Virus record (IMG/VR): IMGVR_UViG_2541047680_000009
Span: 1-37,464 of that record
Strand: one strand, 5' to 3'
DNA length: 37,464 nt
From: a virus
Lineage: Duplodnaviria; Heunggongvirae; Uroviricota; Caudoviricetes
This document shows positions 35,053-37,464 of this stretch, one piece after another (the stretch's first letter is position 1; each line of letters starts with the position of its first letter). A model generated the notes under the pieces. It worked only from the letters and a program-made list of their open reading frames with translations. It did no database searches and was not told the origin of the DNA. The position numbers and the translations under genes were made by a program.

Positions 35053-35388
35053 ATGTCACAGACCCCATCCGATACTTTTAAATTGTCTTATCCCTTCACC
35101 ACTGCTGCAGGCACCAGAATTGAGCTGGTTGAACTGAAACGCCTGACGGTAAAAGACCTGAAGCAGGTGCGCAAAATCAGCAAAAACCCGGCAGACTGGG
35201 ACGAACCGCTGATTGCCCGCAGTACTGGTCTTCTCCCGGAAGATCTCGACAATATGGATCTGGCTGATTACCTGCAGTTACAGAAACGATTTCAGCTCAT
35301 CACGGGGATGGGTGAGAGCAACCAGGGCGCTGACGCAGGCGCAGGGGCTGCTGGCGAGATGGTTCCGGTTTCAGCCGGGGGAGATTGA
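35053..35388 (+). CDS. Tail assembly chaperone (G-like); a frameshift at a G-run near its 3' end would extend it into the overlapping ORF ending at 35470 (GT-like product)
   Basis: 111-aa ORF directly upstream of the tape measure gene; a second ORF in the frame offset by +1 (35213-35470) overlaps its 3' end and has no independent plausible start. Confidence 0.6.
   Translation: MSQTPSDTFKLSYPFTTAAGTRIELVELKRLTVKDLKQVRKISKNPADWDEPLIARSTGLLPEDLDNMDLADYLQLQKRFQLITGMGESNQGADAGAGAAGEMVPVSAGGD
35377..35381 (+). promoter_or_regulatory. Candidate programmed-frameshift slippery run (GGGGG) in the tail chaperone gene
   Basis: Frame A reads ...GCC GGG GGA GAT TGA; frame B (offset +1) reads ...CCG GGG GAG ATT GAT GCC... 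and continues for 28 more codons to 35470. Confidence 0.45.
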
Positions 35389-35544
35389 TGCCCTCGATAC
35401 TGACGATCTGGAGATGTGGCTGGAGCAGGCTGAAGAGCAAATCAAAAGCGAGTACGGCGACAAATCATAGTACAGACAGCCGCCAGTAGCGGCTGTTCTG
35501 CGTTATCCCCTCACGTCTTTTCACCTTCCCCGGAGGTTAACCAC

Positions 35545-37464
35545 TATGTCGGGACAGTTTTCAGTCGGCGTTGTTATCGGCGGGATGATTGGCAGCACAT
35601 TCCGTTCTGCAATGAGCGGTACCCGCCGTGCGCTTGATTCCCTGAGCGATACCTCACGCCGCCTGCAGGAACGTCAGAACGCTTTAACCCGTGCAACAGA
35701 ACGTTATGGTCAACTGGGTTCTTCCCGGATGCAGCATCTCAACAGCGAGCTGCTGCGGGTAAGCCGCACCATGGAGCAAATTGAGCGCCAGCAGCGCCGT
35801 CTGTCAGCGGCATCCGCTACCAGTGATGCGCTGAAAGCTAACCGCATGGCGCTGTATGGTCAGGGGATTGAAGCGTATGGCATGGCACAGACTGTTTATC
35901 ATACGGTTTCCCCTGCCGTTCAGCAGTCCATGTCTTTTCAGGACAAAATGATTGATATGTCGATCACCGCAAAATATGACAATAAAACGCGGGATGCACT
36001 TGCCGGACAGATAAAAGGCTGGGCGCTTAAATACAATCAGTATCAGGATGAGCTGCAGGAGGCGGTGGGTTCACTCATCAGCGACAATATTGATAATGTG
36101 TCAGATATCGGTTTTCTGATGCCGGATATTGCCCGCGCGGCAACGGCAACACGCACGTCTGCTCAGGACTGGGCAAAAGTGGCCGCAGTCTGGCAAAACT
36201 CCCTGAAAGGTGCGGCCAGAGATTTTGGTGCCGTTCAGAATATTATGGCTTATGCCGGTGACCAGGGGTCATTTGAAATCCCGGATCAGGTCAAGTGGAT
36301 GCAGTCCCTGGCCCCAATGATGGCGGGTCTTGCCAGTGGAAAAGAGGCTGTTGCTGAAATCGGGGCCAGTCTCCAGATAGCAAAAATCGGTGCAGGTTCC
36401 ACCGACGAAGCAGCCAATAATTTTAAAAACTTTCTTACCAAAATTTTTGCCCGCGATACTCAGAAACAGTTTGCTGATCTGGGTATTGATTTGCAGGGAT
36501 CTATTGCGAGTTATAAAGCTGCGGGGATCTCTCCGATTGAAGGGATGTTGAGTGTTATAGAACGTTACCTCAATGCCAAAAGCCCCGAAGCGCTGGCCGG
36601 CTTCAAATCAGCCATGAAAATAAAGAATGATACGGCAAGAGATGAGGCACTTCAGGCTCTGGCGAAAAACTTTGGTCTGGGCGATATGTTCGCGGATATG
36701 CAGGTCATGGCATTTATCCGCCCGATGCTGGCCAACATGGACAGATATCGAGAGATCCGTGCCGGTGCTCTCAGGGCTGCGGATAACGATTTGCTTGCCA
36801 GTGCTTATGATCAGCGGCTGAAATCTCCCCTTGAAGCCACTAAAACACTTATGGTCAGCAGTCGCGATCTGGCAATTACGCTGGGCGATCAATTAGCTCC
36901 ATCTTTTATTTCTCTGACTCAGGAACTGCTCCCACTCATTCAGGGGACAAAACACTGGGTAGCGACTCACCCGCAATTTGTCAGTGGGGCTTTTAAGCTC
37001 ATCAGTGCGCTCCTTGCGATTAAGATAGCGACTATTGGTCTCAAACTGGGGCTGAATCTCCTTATTTCCCCCTTTGTGAACGTCTGGAAAACTACTGTTT
37101 TACTCCGGACCAACTGGCATCGACTGACTACCGCACTCGGAGAAGGTGGCAAATTACGCTGGCTTGTCACTGGATTCAGCCGACTGACCAGCGGAGGACT
37201 GAAACTCAGCAAAGTTCTGGCGGGCAGCCTCGTTCGCGGTTTTATGAGCGCTGCACGTGCCGTTCTCTGGATTGGGCGAGCGCTGATGATGAATCCCATC
37301 GGTCTCGTTATCACCGCTGTCGCGACAGCAGCTTACCTTATCTACCGCAACTGGGGGGCTGTCAGTGGTTGGTTTAAACAGCGCTGGGCTGACATTCAGG
37401 AAGCCTTTAACGGCGGCATTGTGGGAATTGGTAAGTTGCTGATTAACTGGTCGCCGGCAGGCCT
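35545..37464 (+). CDS. Tail tape measure protein (partial, continues beyond the window)
   Basis: GGAGG RBS 9 nt upstream of the ATG at 35545; 640 codons open to the window end; alpha-helical, Ala/Gln-rich N-terminus and C-terminal hydrophobic segments typical of tape measure proteins. Confidence 0.8.

Larger units (their letters stand above)
9959..37464. mobile_element. Transposable Mu-superfamily prophage (divergent early and late arms), incomplete at the window end; left boundary not determined
   Basis: Contiguous set of Mu-type early genes (ner-like, DDE transposase, AAA+ transposition ATPase, gam, gemA, mor) and Mu-type late genes (gp27/28/29/F/G/I/T, sheath, tube, tape measure). The left end lies somewhere left of 9,959; the right end is beyond the window. 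Confidence 0.85.

Noticed and set aside
36608-37314. Minus-strand ORFs 36608-36892 and 36967-37314
   Set aside because: Embedded antisense in the tape measure gene, which has an uninterrupted 640-codon frame.
1-37464. CRISPR arrays, rRNA and tRNA genes, integrase-type attachment site
   Set aside because: No regularly spaced short repeats, no tRNA-like T-loop/acceptor structures and no tyrosine or serine recombinase gene were found by eye; consistent with a phage that integrates by transposition. A proper tRNAscan/CRISPR finder run was not possible.

Overview
Enterobacterial-type window, 37.5 kb, in three parts. (1) 1-5,920: a host metabolic locus, with a LacI-family repressor (minus strand) divergent from a five-gene operon encoding an L-ascorbate-family PTS (EIIA, EIIB, EIIC) and a split transketolase; the shared control region carries two copies of the palindrome TGATAGCGCTATCA. 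(2) About 5,920-9,950: an AT-rich accessory island with a frameshifted IS3-family transposase relic, orphan minus-strand terminators, a YadA/Eib-like trimeric autotransporter adhesin with a 2 x 99-bp in-frame tandem repeat, a small LuxR-type regulator and an MliC/PliC-family lysozyme inhibitor. (3) About 9,959 to the window end (incomplete): a transposable Mu-superfamily prophage. Its early arm is on the minus strand (Ner-like regulator, DDE transposase, AAA+ transposition ATPase, Gam, GemA, Mor) and its lysis/head/tail arm is on the plus strand (holin, SLT endolysin, nested spanins, Mu gp27-30-like packaging and head genes, sheath, tube, frameshifted chaperone, tape measure). The two arms diverge from a central region holding an XRE-type repressor, a Dam-family methyltransferase and a three-gene module of unknown function (P-loop NTPase plus two small proteins). 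That module is my best candidate for an undescribed accessory or defence system. All family calls come from motif recognition in the translated ORFs; no database search was run, so they are hypotheses with stated confidence.
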